Counted from the stretch's first letter, positions 17,201-33,600 are shown. The stretch: 59,184 nt of DNA from Spirogloea muscicola (GCA_009602725.1 WELB01000006.1:244183-303366); one strand, 5' to 3'. Notes: generated by a model from the sequence alone, not told the origin. A program made the numbers and translations.

Positions 17201-19926
17201 AGCTGGTCATCGGACCAGTACTGCCAGACGCCGTTGAAGTGGCCAGGCCGCTCCTCCCATGGCCCCACCGACTGGCGCCATCGAAAGGCATCGGCCAGCC
17301 GGTCGCCCTCGACGTAGCAACCGCCTGGTCAGCAACTCTAGCTTAGCATAGCAAGGGTATAGCAGGGTACAGGGTTCCAATGCAACGCCTCGAAGTTCCA
17401 ACAATTATGATATGATAGCTTCAGCAGGACCACCTCGGCTATGGCAGTCAGAGGAATGACCTTGCATGCAATGCGAATTGGTCAGCTAGCACGTATATCT
17501 CTGCAGCCGCTTTACCTAGGCCAGGTTCTTGACTTCTGATCAGAGCTGATTCATCAGGGTTAGGACTGCCTTGTGGCAAATCTAACAACAACAGAAGAGG
17601 TTTGTGTAAAGAAGAGAATGAAGAGATTCACCAGGGAATCGGACAAATCCGGGCTTCAAGTCGGCGAGCAGGTTTGCCAGGTCGAGCCTCATTCCATGCC
17701 CCTGCCGAAGGAAAGAGAGCACGTGTCATGAGTGTTGTTAAGGTATTAGCAAGTGACTGTTGATCTCTTTCAAGTGTAGCGCGAACTGTTAGTGCTTATT
17801 TGTTATACCATGAGTTGAGCTCAGAGCTGATCACCATGTCTTGTTCATACTTACTGAAGTTTAAGCAAGACTTGCAGTCAACTTGAGATGGGACAGAACC
17901 TTCGCACAACTGTAATCAGGTTGCGGACCTGCAACCTGGCTCAGCAAAGATTGGGTCTGCTTGTACCTTGAAGGTGCGAACAGGCGTAGCCGAGATCTGG
18001 TCCAGCCAGATGACGCCCTTTTTGGTTGTGGTAATGGCGAGGTGAGCAGCGTGGTCACTTCGGTTGGGCCGCAAGAATACTTCCTCCTTACGCCACCTGA
18101 ATGCCAGCTGCTCGGCGAGCCTGCAGACGATGTCAAGGTGGACAGGATTGGTCCCGGGGTTAGTATTTGCTCTTGAAGCATTGATGAGAAATTCTAAGAA
18201 ATGCTGTAAGCGGAAATGAAGGAAACAATAGCCTGTGACGGAGTACCACAGAGCTAGCTGCCCAATCGGTGCAACTTGCCATCCTGTGCTTCAGACTTAC
18301 TTTGATAGTCGAGAACCTGAGCCCACCTAAGATGCGTGGCGGCGATGGTGTCTTGCTCGTCGGCCGCCGAGACGAATGCGATCCTCAGGTCCACCTCGTC
18401 AGCCGACCGCAGCCAGATGATGACCCTGTACTCCTCGCCCTCCTCCACATTCTGTTGGAAGAGCACTGGTTACCACAGTCATCCATGCCCTTCACAGATG
18501 CATGACTTCTCTTTCAATTGCTGAAGGAGCCTTTCTGCTGTTGGCATTGCGATTCTGCAGCATCCAAGTATGTCACATACTTTCTGGACTCATGGGCACC
18601 ATGCCTGGCCTTCTTGGTCATTGATCACAAGCTGCCTGTACTATTACCATGAGTGCAACAATCATGAAGTTAATCAGCTCCCCTGGATGAGGAGTTTTTG
18701 GAGAGCATACGTTCTTGGTAGCTTTACCATGCCCCAATAACCAAGGTTCTTGACACCAACGCCATGGGAGCAGGGGGTCTCGTACTCTTCGCACCGGATC
18801 TCCATGCGCAGTGCAACCGGGTTGCGCACAAACGGCGAGCAGCGCTCCGTCTCCAACCACACTTGTGCTTCCGTGCCCACAGGAAACCACGGCTCAATGG
18901 AAGATGGCGTGTTGGGCCCGCCCGCCTCAAAGCCTGCAGGAATTCGCACGGACTTCTGTGACCAGCAGCTACATCGAGCACATGTATAGTGATAGGTCAG
19001 GACTCAGAAGCAAGATATGATGTGTGGGTCAAGGACGTAGGTTTTGGGGCTTTGACTTGAGGACCTTCGGGATGACTTGGGGGCTGCCGTGCCAGCACTT
19101 CAAGGACCACATCATGGCCTGGCTTAAGGCACCTCAAGTAATCCCAAGAGCCCCTCTTCAAACGCTGAACCCTATCTAAGCACGTCATTCCAGCTCTGCT
19201 CCCCCAAATGCTGCTGAACTTTTGTTCGCCCAAGCAGCAACTTGGGTGTTCGAGCTCAAACTTGCGACCATGCAAGCTTCCCTCCTGAGCCTCACACCCC
19301 TACCAAGTGCCCAACTCTGGCTTCTCAGGACGTCCAAGGGCATCCTGATATGCAGCAGAAGTGCTTGCAAGGCCCTTGGGTGCCGCCAGGCGTCAATGCG
19401 CAAGGCTTGCAAGAGTTCGATTGAAGCACAACGACCCAAACGTCGCAGGTAGGAGAATGAGCTGTGTTGTGTGGCAACTGGCCACAGCCGGCCTTTTTCA
19501 GGGGGCCGGCGGGCGGGCAAAGGCGGGCAGCGAGCTAGCGACCGGACCTCTGTTCTGCACCAGCTCGGCGCAGAGGCCGCCCATGCCCGCATGGTTGATT
19601 TCCTGCGCCGGCCGCGCAGCAGCGAACGATTATGCCGCCAAGTCATTGAACCGCTATTGAGATTAATGCAGCTCTGTGGCATGCGCTGGCCAACGCAGCG
19701 GTGTTCGCGCCGTGCTGACCTCGAAGAAGATGCCAAAGAGCGTGTGGGGGATGCGGCGGCCGCTGGCGCCAGCATCCACCGTGATGTCGACGCCATTGCC
19801 GAGGCCGGGCTCGCCCCAAGCCTGCCTCGGGAGGTGGCTGGCACACGCCACGCACACCAGCGACAGGAGGAAAGTGGTGGCGGCAGCGGCAGCGGCAGCG
19901 ATGGAGTGTCGAGACGACATCGCCAT
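14273..19926 (-). CDS. Alpha-L-arabinofuranosidase, glycoside hydrolase family 51 (plant ASD1/ARAF1-like), secreted
   Basis: Signal peptide (TTFLLSLVCVACA), FGIFFE/EINHAG, GFEAGGPNTPSSIEPW, RFPGGCYVEG, WEERPGHF, AIGNEDC (acid/base Glu), VFVSEYAV (nucleophile Glu), SDIVAMASYAPLLVNDHDRRWNPDAIVFNS, DENSF. Stop taken at 14273-14275; the last exon is somewhat uncertain. Confidence 0.92.
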
Positions 19927-20893
19927 AGTCCCTCCCACCAAGGCCGATGGTGGAGCGGCCGAGCTCACAGCAGGAGGCCCTGAGGTACCCCTCGGAGCAG
20001 CTGCCCCAGACGCCACACTTAACTTCATGGAAGGTTCAGGTCTCTCTTTACAAGCGAGGTCTGCGTCGATCAACAGGCGGGAGCTGGTTCCGAAGCCCAT
20101 TTGACGGTCCGTCGGTGGGCTTGCCACCTTGGTCGCCAGTCATGCAGGCGGAGCCAGCGGGTGGATCTTGCATGCACACTTCCACGACCAGCAAATCCAT
20201 GTCAAAGTTGTGCTCGTCGACTCTGGAGCCTTGCTGCCTCAGGGAACTCCAGAGGTAAGCGAGGCGTTCGGCTCATTCTTGTTCTTGCATCTTTGTCGAG
20301 GCAGCTATGGAGCTAACCCACTGTGCATGGCGAGACATATCACCACTTGGATACTGCCACTCAAACCACTCATGGCCTCAGCTCTTACCGACCTTGGACC
20401 GCATCATTCTGCTCTGAACCCAGTGTAACATTCATAATCTGATGCAACCAGAGGCACCGACGCACATGTCCATCGTGAGGCGTTGGCCTCTCAAAGTCAA
20501 GGTGCAAAGTTGGGGCGCAATAAGTCACAGAGTTCAGTAAGTAACAAGGGGCCTCAAGTGGTGCACGAGGGGAGGGAGCGGAGGGGAGAAGAGAGGAGGG
20601 GGGAGGGGGGAGGAGAGGCAGGAATAGATAAAGAGCGAGGAGACTGAGACCAGGCCCTTGTAGCCCAGGTGGCCACTCAGTAACGGCGCAAGTCCGCTGG
20701 CCTGCTCTACTCCGCAGCCTGCCCTTCACCTCTAGTAGAAGACCTACGAGCTGCTGCTGGACCAAATGGAGGTCCCTGTCACGCGCGCAGAGGCCAAAAA
20801 TTCAATGCCAGGATAAGCTGGGGTCGGGCTCTACGCTGCTGCTCCTGGTCTCCCTTTGACGAATCGCGGTTGCCGCCCTGCCCCAATTGCCAC

Positions 20894-24184
<3,291 letters not shown>

Positions 24185-24227
24185 GTCGCGCGGCGGCNAA
24201 AGTGAAACTAACTGCCATGGCGGCAAG

Positions 24228-24265
<38 letters not shown>

Positions 24266-24377
24266 GGGGCTGGCAGGGAGGTCGGGAGGGCGTGAAACTG
24301 GACCAGCGAAATTACAACCGCTGCGCCCGCGGGGGCAGTAACGGACACCGGGCCCCGGCGACTCCGATTTAGGACGT

Positions 24378-24509
24378 CCAAATCCGTGGTCCAATGCCGC
24401 CCCTGCCCAGGGCGGGGGGGCACGGGGCCCCCCCTAGGCCCTTAAATCAAATCCGTGGACAAATCCCGGGAACTCGTGTGGCCCAGGGCGGCCCGATCCT
24501 GGGGATAAG
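24378..24509. promoter_or_regulatory. Candidate GAPA upstream elements: CAAATCCGTGG twice, CAAATCC once, I-box core GATAAG
   Basis: CAAATCCGTGG at about 24379 and 24448, CAAATCC at 24460, GATAAG at 24504-24509; 200-330 bp upstream of the GAPA ATG. Function is inferred. Confidence 0.35.
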
Positions 24510-26329
24510 GGGCCCCCCCGCTGGGCGCGGCCGCCAATGGGCGCGCCGCCTGGCAGCCCCCCCGCCGGCCGTCCGATTCCCGATCGCGATCCGCGGCCTT
24601 GCGCGCCCCGCGGCCCCGGCGCCTGATCTGCGCCGCACGATCTGGGGCGCCCGTGCCCCTGTGTGTGAACCCCCGGGTCCGGGAGCTGCAGGTGCTGACT
24701 AGAGGTTATTGAGCGCCCACTGGCGGTAAGTCATGGACAAATAATAGTATTCTGCTTTTTGCGCCTTCCAGCCCTTCCAGGCCCTGTGATTTCCTTGGGG
24801 CTCGGCCACTCACAGCCATTTGCCTTCCATTGGAAGAGCTGTTTCTCCAGAACCCCCATTGCAATTCTTGTTTGCCACTCCTTTACTGGGCTGGCCAAAC
24901 ACAGACATCGCCCTCTCTAAGAGTGAGAGTAAGAGTCTTTCTTCTCTTGTGCTGGCTTCTTCCAAGCATAGCCTCACTGAGAAAGGAGAAAGGAACATCA
25001 GTAGTGGTTGAGATGGAGCCCTCAGTTTCTTCCACTTGCTGAGCATTTGGCTTTGCAGCTTTTGTGTGCGACCATTCCAGTCTTTCGCACGCGACCCTTC
25101 ATACAACTTCTAGCGAAGATCTGAGCCAGGAGATGCCCAGCGATCTGAATATCAGCTATATGGATAGGCTCATCTTGTTGGCAGTCGATTAATTCATTGC
25201 ACACGTAAATAGTATCACGCGCAGGTGGCCAATATAGATGACCGAGGGGACATTGCTCCCTCGCTGGATGCACCTCGACTATGAGCCTTGAGTATGGAGC
25301 GAGGTTGATTGATGAGAGGTGACTGCTTGGCTCTCTTGGCAAGCAGCAATGAGGTCTTTGCTGCAACTGATCATTACTTACCTGCCATCAAATACCGTAA
25401 TACGACATCATTACCAGCTGCGCAGGTGCTTAGAATTTGCCTGCTCAAAGCTTTGCCAGCAACCTCGTATGCAAATGGGCCTCAACAACCTCAGTGGTAC
25501 CATTGCTGTGGGCAGGCAGCCCTTTCTAAGGCGCCTGTCGACTGGCAGGACAACTGGGTGCACTAGAGGCATGCAGAATCTGAACAGAAGCAGCACCTGC
25601 ATTCCGCTGGGAAGCGAAGGCGACCCAGCAGAGCCAACCCCGCGCGGCAGCTCTTTTTTCCTCTCCAAAGCAGCCACCAGAGTCATCTCCCACCACCGAG
25701 AGCTCGTCGACTATGGGTCGATCCGATCCGCTCGCCAGCACTATGCATCGCGCTTGCCACTTAACGTCTCTGCTCGTCGCTTGTCGAGTGGCTCCTCTTC
25801 TGTGCTCTTTAGATGCCATTACGACGAGGACTCGGCGTCTGGAACCCGACCAAAGTGAGCCTAGGGAAGCTCTCCTACGGATAGTAAGCAAACGGTTGAC
25901 TATTGCAGGTGGCCAGCCCACCAGGAGGAAAGTGTGGGGGCATGAGCACACTTGAGACGAGCGCTGGGCAATCTGGCAATGTAAGCCGGCCTTGCAGCTG
26001 ACACTGTGACGTTCATAAGCCTGGCCGGCCATCACAGCCGCTCTCACTTTTCGCCTCTCCCGGACCTTGCTCAGTCGTTTGTAGTTCTAAGAATCTGAGC
26101 ACCATTCGTAGTAGCAAGCTGCGTTACTTTGTGGTTTAGCTAACCCCCTCAGTCCTTGTGTAGTCCTTTCACCCTTATGAAATCTGTCGCCTTACCCTAA
26201 AACAGCTGTTCTCTTCCTCCTCTCCTCACGGCCGTCGCCCCTTTCTGAGAGAACAGCTCTTCCGATCTACGGCAATGGCTTCTGAGAAGAACGTTCTGCT
26301 AGTCTTTCTCGCGAGCTGGCCCATCAGCT

Positions 26330-27060
26330 TTGTTGAGCTGGCACTTGGCAGCCCTCACTCGCTCTTACAGGAAGAAGAAGGTGGCGGCTGCTGATGTTCA
26401 GAGAGCGGCCTTTTACGTTTACGTTGCTGACTTCAACGCCGCTGGCTCGTGGGCTCAAGTCTATCGCATGAGATTGTCTGTATCCCTTCAGCGGTCCATG
26501 GCCCACGCTCTGCATCTGCGTGCTGGCCGTGCTCTCACTGCGGCCTCCGGCATTTGTCAGGGGGATAATTTTCCGGCAGCTAGTCTGTCGGATCTGAGGC
26601 TTCTCACTCGTAACTACTGAGTGAGTTCTGACATAGCATCTTCAGGCCCCTTTGTAGCTGCTACACGCTTGTAGGCCCCTCCAAACCTTTGTCAGTTCTC
26701 TTTGGGCTGGCTTTTCGCAGCCCTTGCCCCCATGGGGAGTGCCACTTCTTCTTCTACGTTAGCCCCTCTTCTCTATGGGCGCGCAATTTCTTCTTTGAAA
26801 ACGAAAGCGCGGCCTCCTTTCCCGCAGCGAGCTACTCTGACCTGATGTTGCTCACTCGCGGGTACTGAGCTTCCCTAGAGTGTTGTCATGTTTGGTAGTG
26901 TAGTCCTTTCCCAGCACCACTATCTTCGGCTTCAGAGATTGTCCATTGTTTTTGGGCTGGCTTTGCCAGCCCTTCGTCTCCATGGGCGAGCACACTTTCT
27001 TCTTTCACGATAAGCCGCTTCGTCTCCTCGCAGCCTCCCCCAGTGGGCTTTAGGGTTTAG
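26330..27060 (+). pseudogene. Degenerate ~249-bp direct repeat (about 3 copies) that still shows coding-type conservation; possible pseudogene or TE relic
   Basis: CTCACTCG at 26354, 26603 and 26851. Copies 2 and 3 translate FPAASLSDLRLLTRNY* and FPAASYSDLMLLTRGY* with mostly synonymous differences. TTTGGGCTGGCTTT recurs at about 26701 and 26951. Confidence 0.5.
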
Positions 27061-27175
27061 GGGCTGGCACCACGCCTTTACCACCCAGGCAGGCGCTCCC
27101 CACAGCAGCAGCGGCAGGGAAGGAGGGGGCCTGCCACGTGGCAGCGCCTGACGAGATTGCCGCGCAGTCCGGCCC

Positions 27176-29127
27176 ATGCCGCTGCCCCGCCGCCTGCCGC
27201 CGCCGCCGCCGCCGCGCCGCCTGCGCCCNNNNNNNNNNNNNNNNNNNNNNNNNNNNNNNNNNNNNNNNNNNNNNNNNNNNNNNNNNNNNNNNNNNNNNNN
27301 NNNNNNNNNNNNNNNNNNNNNNNNNNNNNNNNNNNNNNNNNNNNNNNNNNNNNNNNNNNNNNNNNNNNNNNNNNNNNNNNNNNNNGGCGCTCCCCCGCCG
27401 CAGCCGGCCGACGAGGACGACGACAGCGCCGGCGGCGGCTGCCGGCCGCACAAGCTCGACTTCTCCCGCGACGGCGATGGCTATGGCGAGCCCGCCAGCA
27501 GCGGCGCAGCGGCGGCGCGCGGGCCGCGCCACGGAGCTCCGTTAGCGGATCGTAACGACGAGCCTGACGGCAGCTCGTCGTCTGGCAGCTTGACCTCCAG
27601 CCAGGACGCCACGGGAAACAGGTCTTCTGCCGGCTGCCTTCGTGGGTTTGCGCTAAAGAAATTACGGTGTAAGGTTTAGGAGGTCTAAACCCCAAGCCCT
27701 GAACCCTAGACACCTTCTAAACCTTATACCCCAAATCGTAAACCCTGAGTTATAATGTTAGTGGCAGGAGTTCGAGTCGCAGCAGTGTTGTCAGCGCAGC
27801 TTCAGAGGTGGTCAGTCGAGGTACCTATTCAATGCCGCACACCACTTGACAAGTTCAAATTACTGGAGATTATATTAAGTTTCATCGTCGTGATGGAGGT
27901 CAAGGCTAATGCTGACGGCTTAGTAGCAACACGAGCTCAATCACTGTGCTCCACTGGAAAGCTCCCGGAGGCCACCTGAGCCTTGTTCTCTTGGTGCTCA
28001 GGGTGCTCGGGGGCTGGCTCGACCTCGGCCGCGGGGCATCGCTGTCGGCGGGAACGCCAGGGCTCCGGCCGCCGGAGCTCGACGACGACAGCGACCCGCC
28101 CGAGCCCTCCATGGCGACGTTGCTGCGACAGGTGGGTGCAACAACTAACAAATAGTCCACGTATCTACGACAGTCCAGGGATCTTGCACCTCCATCAGAT
28201 GCTTTTGCAAGCACAGAGGGCCATGACAAGCGCAACATATGGGTTTGGAGACCTGAACTTGAGTCAGTATTTTGAGGGAATGCGTTCACAGGGTGTTTTA
28301 TTGCGGTGGTATTTGGTCATGACACCTAACTCACTTGACACTGACGAGGCCCTATTGTGTGTCGTACATGTGGTCTGTCAGCGCCTGACTACGGCCTTCT
28401 ACACGTGGCCTGCTCCCGAGTAAGCCGCCTGCTCTTCAGGCGCTCTACTTCTACTGTGGCATCTTGGTTGATGCTCCTGCTGATAGCTGAGGGCGCACAG
28501 TCATTGAACCCTGGACCCTAGACAATCCACACAGTCACTGGCTAGAACAGGTCCTCATTGCTGCTGATACGAGATGACATGCCACTTTGAGCAGTAGTGC
28601 TGAGCCTACGAGCCCCCTGAAATGACTAACTGTGATTCAGACCCGACTATGCATGCAGGGATTGGTCCAAGACTGTGCCCGTCGTCCTCATCTTTGCGGT
28701 GCTCGTTCTTCCTGTCGTCTACCACTCCCACCTCCTCGACCTCGGCAAGGTGTCCTTCTCGCGCGGCCTCTTCATCAAGTCCTTCTTCGTGCCATGCCTA
28801 TTGGAGGAGTCTGCGTTCCGCGTCCTCCCCAATCCCCACCCGCGCGAGCCCGTGTCAGCACTCCGCCGTGCTCTGTGGGGCATTGCATCAGTGGTGCTCT
28901 ACGTCTCGTGGCATCCTCTCAACGCCTGGCTGCTGACGCCGATCATGCGGCCCATATTCTATGACCCCCACTTTCTTGTCGTCACCACCCTCCTCGGGCT
29001 CGCTTGTACTATACTATTTATCCGCACAGGGTCTGTCTGGCCGCCCGTCTTCCTGCACTGGGCCACAGTCACGGTCTGGCTGACGCTTGGTGGGAAAGCC
29101 CACTTGCCTGGTGTTGCTACCTCATAG
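27176..29127 (+). CDS. CPBP (CAAX/Abi, type II) intramembrane glutamic endopeptidase, cyanobacterial-like subtype, probably plastid-targeted; 5' part crosses a gap
   Basis: Exons 28382-28419 (RLTTAFYTWPAP) and 28659-29127 encode VPCLLEESAFR (EExxFR), YVSWHPLNA and GSVWPPVFLHW, the CPBP motifs 1, 2 and 4. Candidate ATG 27176 lies before gap 27229-27385. Confidence 0.82.
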
Positions 29128-30694
29128 CGGAGCCTGTGTCCATACCAAACATGTGTATTTTGCCTTCTCAGAGGGTGCTATACCTTCCACAAATTTGCTT
29201 AGGTAGGGTAGAAGTTCACCATTAAGTCAGCTTTCTAGAAGTGAAAATAACAGTGAAGCTTTGCTCAGTTGCAACATTCTCAGTATTTATTGTCATAGTT
29301 GACACTCTAGAGTCCCTGTGAAGAGATGCATATGCAGAACTACTTGCCGTTGTTTATTAGCCCCTTCAAGGCATGCAGGTGAGGATCTATGTCAACCAGT
29401 GTGCATCTTTTTGCAACTAGTGATAGATAAATAGATTGGTGAACAGATGGATAGATATATGCTGATCATGTAGTTAAGTGTACCAAGGCAAGCGACAGAC
29501 TTTATGCATAGCTGTCAGATCGGCTGTGCATCTAACATGAAGCTCTGCCCAACTTTTAAGTTTCCGTTTGTCAGCCATCACACTGGACGATAACAGGACA
29601 TTGTGAAGAGGTGCTTGTGCAGAGCACTTGCTCTCACCAATGTAGCCCCTTAAGGACATGCAGGTGTCATTTGTGACGATAAATGCCAGCCATTGTGCAC
29701 GTTGTGCAACTTACGCGTGAGCGCATGCAGGTGTCAGCGAAGCAACTGACACCTGCAGGATCAGGTTTCCTAAACAATGTTTGCAGAGGACATGCGTCAC
29801 ACCCCCAGGTTGCCGGGCTTTCACTTCCGAAGACCTAGCAGAAAGACCCAACTGATATAAGTAGCATCACTACATTGTTCAGAGCAGCTATGTCTAGGAA
29901 TTGGCCTTGGAGAAGACAAAAGGCTCGTCATTTGCAAGAGGATGGATATGACTATATCATAGGATGTGCAGAGCAATGGCTTTGCGATTGACGTGGTAAG
30001 CGAAGGCTAATGCTTTGTGATGAGATACTCATTTGCTCATAACACCTCACACTAGCGAAGTCCTGTTGTTATGGACGCTGTTCTGCTGCTTTGGACTCAA
30101 GTCCACGAATAATTTAACATTCTGAAAGACCGTGATTGGTAAATGTGACATTCTAATTTTTTAAAAAACAGCATACTCAACCTTTGATCAGCTTCGCGGC
30201 TGTCCATTCAGCCAGTCAGTGAAACTCATCCAAAAAGGTAATTGCAGGCTCTCCTGGTGCGTCACTCACCATCAGATGCATACGTCCTGGCCCCTTCAGC
30301 AATCTACGGTCATCACCGTGCATACGCTGGTCATGAGGCCAGGTGCATCTGGCTGTCAGTGGGAAGTCACTATCTCTAGGTCCAGTATGTCAGGACAATG
30401 CTCCTGACCCGTGGCTAATGAACCTGCGTATGCAGTCCCGCTGTGGCTAATCGGCGAGGTGCCCATTGCAGCCCCAACGCAGCCCTGATCCTACTTGATC
30501 GTCCTTCATCCGAGCTGACAAGGAACTCTACTCAAGGGCTCCACCCAAAAAACCTTGGTCGCTGTCAAAATTTAGCCACCAAGAGGGCAGCTGCAGGCGC
30601 TCACTGCAGTGTGAGCTCCACACTAGGAGCTGAGTTCTATGTAACACACTGTTGCTTCGAAGTAGAGGCTGCTGTGTGGCATGACAAGACGTGG

Positions 30695-33600
30695 CTAGCC
30701 GCGAATGGTGCAACCATCCTGCGCGCATGATCCATCCAAATCATCGTCAGAAGTTGCAGGTACTCTGATGCACAGACACCTTAAACTCGCCATCTACCAT
30801 GCACACTGCAGACATGCTACCGCCTTGGAGCTGGACTGCTGCGCTACCGGCACTTGCAAGTTGCAAGTTGCTGCTATCATGAGCAATTTGCAGGAGAATG
30901 ATGACAACTGGTGGCTAAAAAGTGTCACTCTTCTGCAGCGCAGATGCATCTCCAATACTTGAGCATCGTGCTGGAGGGTGGCTGGGGTGCGACGAACCTC
31001 AGAGCAATTTACAATCCCAAACTCTAGGCCATCCACGAGCGCACGAAAGCTTGCCTCCACAATGGACGTGTGTGCCCCCACCTGGCATACAAGGTGAGAC
31101 TTGCTTGCATTATCATCTACGCATGTATGCATGCAAATCAGCTTGGCAGAGGCCCTCATCGGAAGACAAAGTAGTCAGACAGAAAATGCTGCTACAGCAA
31201 GAGGCACTCTCAACTGCAAGAAATCTACATCACTAGGATAATCCTCCTGGATTCCAACAGCCGACATAGGAGGTCTCACGAATTATAGTAACAAGACCTA
31301 CAGCACATGCCAGAATATGCATGGGACCTGCATAAGCATCACATAGTTGCATACTGAAGCCTCAGAAGGTGATAGCGGACAGCTAGTGGAGTCAAAGGAC
31401 ATGGCTTTACCGTGGTCCACTTGGTGCCTCGGGAGTCCCGAAAGTCAATCGTCACGCGCGTGGTAGACATGGTGCCCTTGCGCCTTTCTGAAGGCTCCAG
31501 CAGCCGCACCCTGAAGTCTGCCAGCTCCACACCCTTGAGCTGGGGATAATGCCTCTCCAAAGCACTCCTGCAACGAAAGCAACTTCAGTCCTGCCAATGG
31601 TTGCGTGACAATACGGGCATAGTCAAAGCTGCAAGATACATCCCTGTAGGTTGGCTAAGAACATAAAGACAAGCTAGAGATATTGCAGGCACAAATCTCA
31701 TGCGGCTGAACCTCCACCTCAGTGCGTGACTGAGCGCATCCACGGGCCCATTTCCCTCAGCAGCGGTCATCTGGAGGCAAGTAGCAAAAGTAGCAAGTCA
31801 AGAGTCCATGAGTATATCACAATCATCAGTACAGGGAGAACAGCAAACATTAGCAGAGGTTGTCTGCACCCCTTGCAAAGAGAGGCCATCAAAGCAGAGA
31901 CCTGTGACAAGACCATATTACAGACAAGCAGGCTACGTGGCAGAACTCTGTAAGACCCACTTTTCTTGTTTGAACTCACCAATGATCAGCTATCTGATCT
32001 AACCCTGCTCTTACAGCTGTCTTTGAGCAGAAACCTGATGCATCAATGATCCACTTGCTTTGCATTGAATTGTCTTGAGAGTGACATACCTGGTACTCGC
32101 CATCCACCCGGAGCTTTACAATGGCCTGATTGATGTGGCTGCTGTGCCAATCCATGCAGTGGCCTCGTCCTCCCTCCTCACCATCCTCTGGCTCCCTCTC
32201 ATAGTCTCCACGATTGCTTGAAATCACTGAGAATTCTTCTACTCGAAATCTGCAAAAATCAAACAATCCAGGCTCAGTGCATGCAAAGTATACGCTTTCA
32301 GAGTTCGCATAGACTGGACGCCAGAGCAGGTATTTTATTGCCAACTGTATTTTCATTTGACGAAGCTTACATGGGACAAAGTGAACTTGAAATATGCTCG
32401 TGTGCAATGATGTGATAGAAGAGATCAGATTTAATGGAGCCAACAGATTTGAACCGTGAATTTACTACGTGAAAAGCATGCAATCTACCAATAGAACCAC
32501 AACCCAGCATTGATTCACAATCTAACCACGAAGTTGACATGCAGGTGCTCGAGATCAGGTGAACCAATTCAGCATTGAAAACCGAAGTCCCAGTGTTGAT
32601 AGCTGGTGATATTGATATCAGGGCAACTGTGGCTTACGGCTGCTTGTAACCTTGGCCCCTTCACACGATGAGTATATCAACTGAAGCTGACGCATTCTCA
32701 AAAGCACAGCCCTGAATCCGAGAAAGAACTTGCTCAGATGTCAAGCCCCACACTCTTCAACAATGTGTTCAACTTCTTTGCACCTCACTGTATAATTGTC
32801 AAGTGGCTTGCTTTGTAAAGTGTACGAGAATAGCTACATGGAGATGCCTAGCCTGAGAATCTTTGACTGAGGGGGTAATCTGTCTTACTTCGCTCTCCAT
32901 TTCCTTGATCCGGGCAAGCACGCTTCCAGCCACATCCCTGTCCAGTTCCAGGCCTGCCCTCTCAGCCTGACAATGTAGCGGCACTTATCAGAACACATAT
33001 TGTTCGCCAAACAGAGCTCAGCTCTGCACGACTGTGACTTTACAATCCCCGAATTCTTGATCTGCTGGATGGACCCCTATCATGACCTAGAAGCACAGTT
33101 CATCATCCATGCCATGCACACAAGCAATCATGTTGTACCAATATTCTGAGTTGACTACATTATTTGTAACTTTGTAGTAGAGGAGGAGAAGGTTGACCGG
33201 GAGCTTAGGCATGACATGTCACACTAACCTTATCAAGAATATTGCCACGGCCAGAGAGCTCTGAGACTACTGATCGCATCTCATTGCCCACCAATGAGGG
33301 CTCCATATGATTGTAGCTTTCTGGCATCTGCAAACAGCACAGTCCATGCCAGCTTGTGGGATGGCTTCCAGTTGGACTTAGTGCAGGTTGGACTGATCAA
33401 TGTGAGAACAATTTGTGTGCGACTTACCAGGATTTAACACCAAGGAACAATGGGCAGATGCTTAATTTCTTCAAGTGCAACTCATTGAAGTATCAGGATG
33501 TGAAGCCTTACTACATGCTCAAGTGCAAGCAGTACTTCAGATAGGCACCCTGACTGCAAAGGCTATGAGCTCTGCACTTGAAAGAAAGACAACAATCACG

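Noticed and set aside
20400..20893. GapB C-terminal extension spliced after NKW
   Set aside because: No downstream exon with the CP12-like Cys pair found; DTGGVKQ indicates GapA.
24700..26300. Intact transposable element upstream of GAPA
   Set aside because: No recognisable RT, integrase or transposase motif, LTR or TIR; only short stop-interrupted frames.
26618..26869. Aligned TGA codons as selenocysteine or programmed readthrough
   Set aside because: Copy 1 has Arg at this position, other stops and a frameshift are nearby, and no SECIS is evident; CpG decay is simpler.
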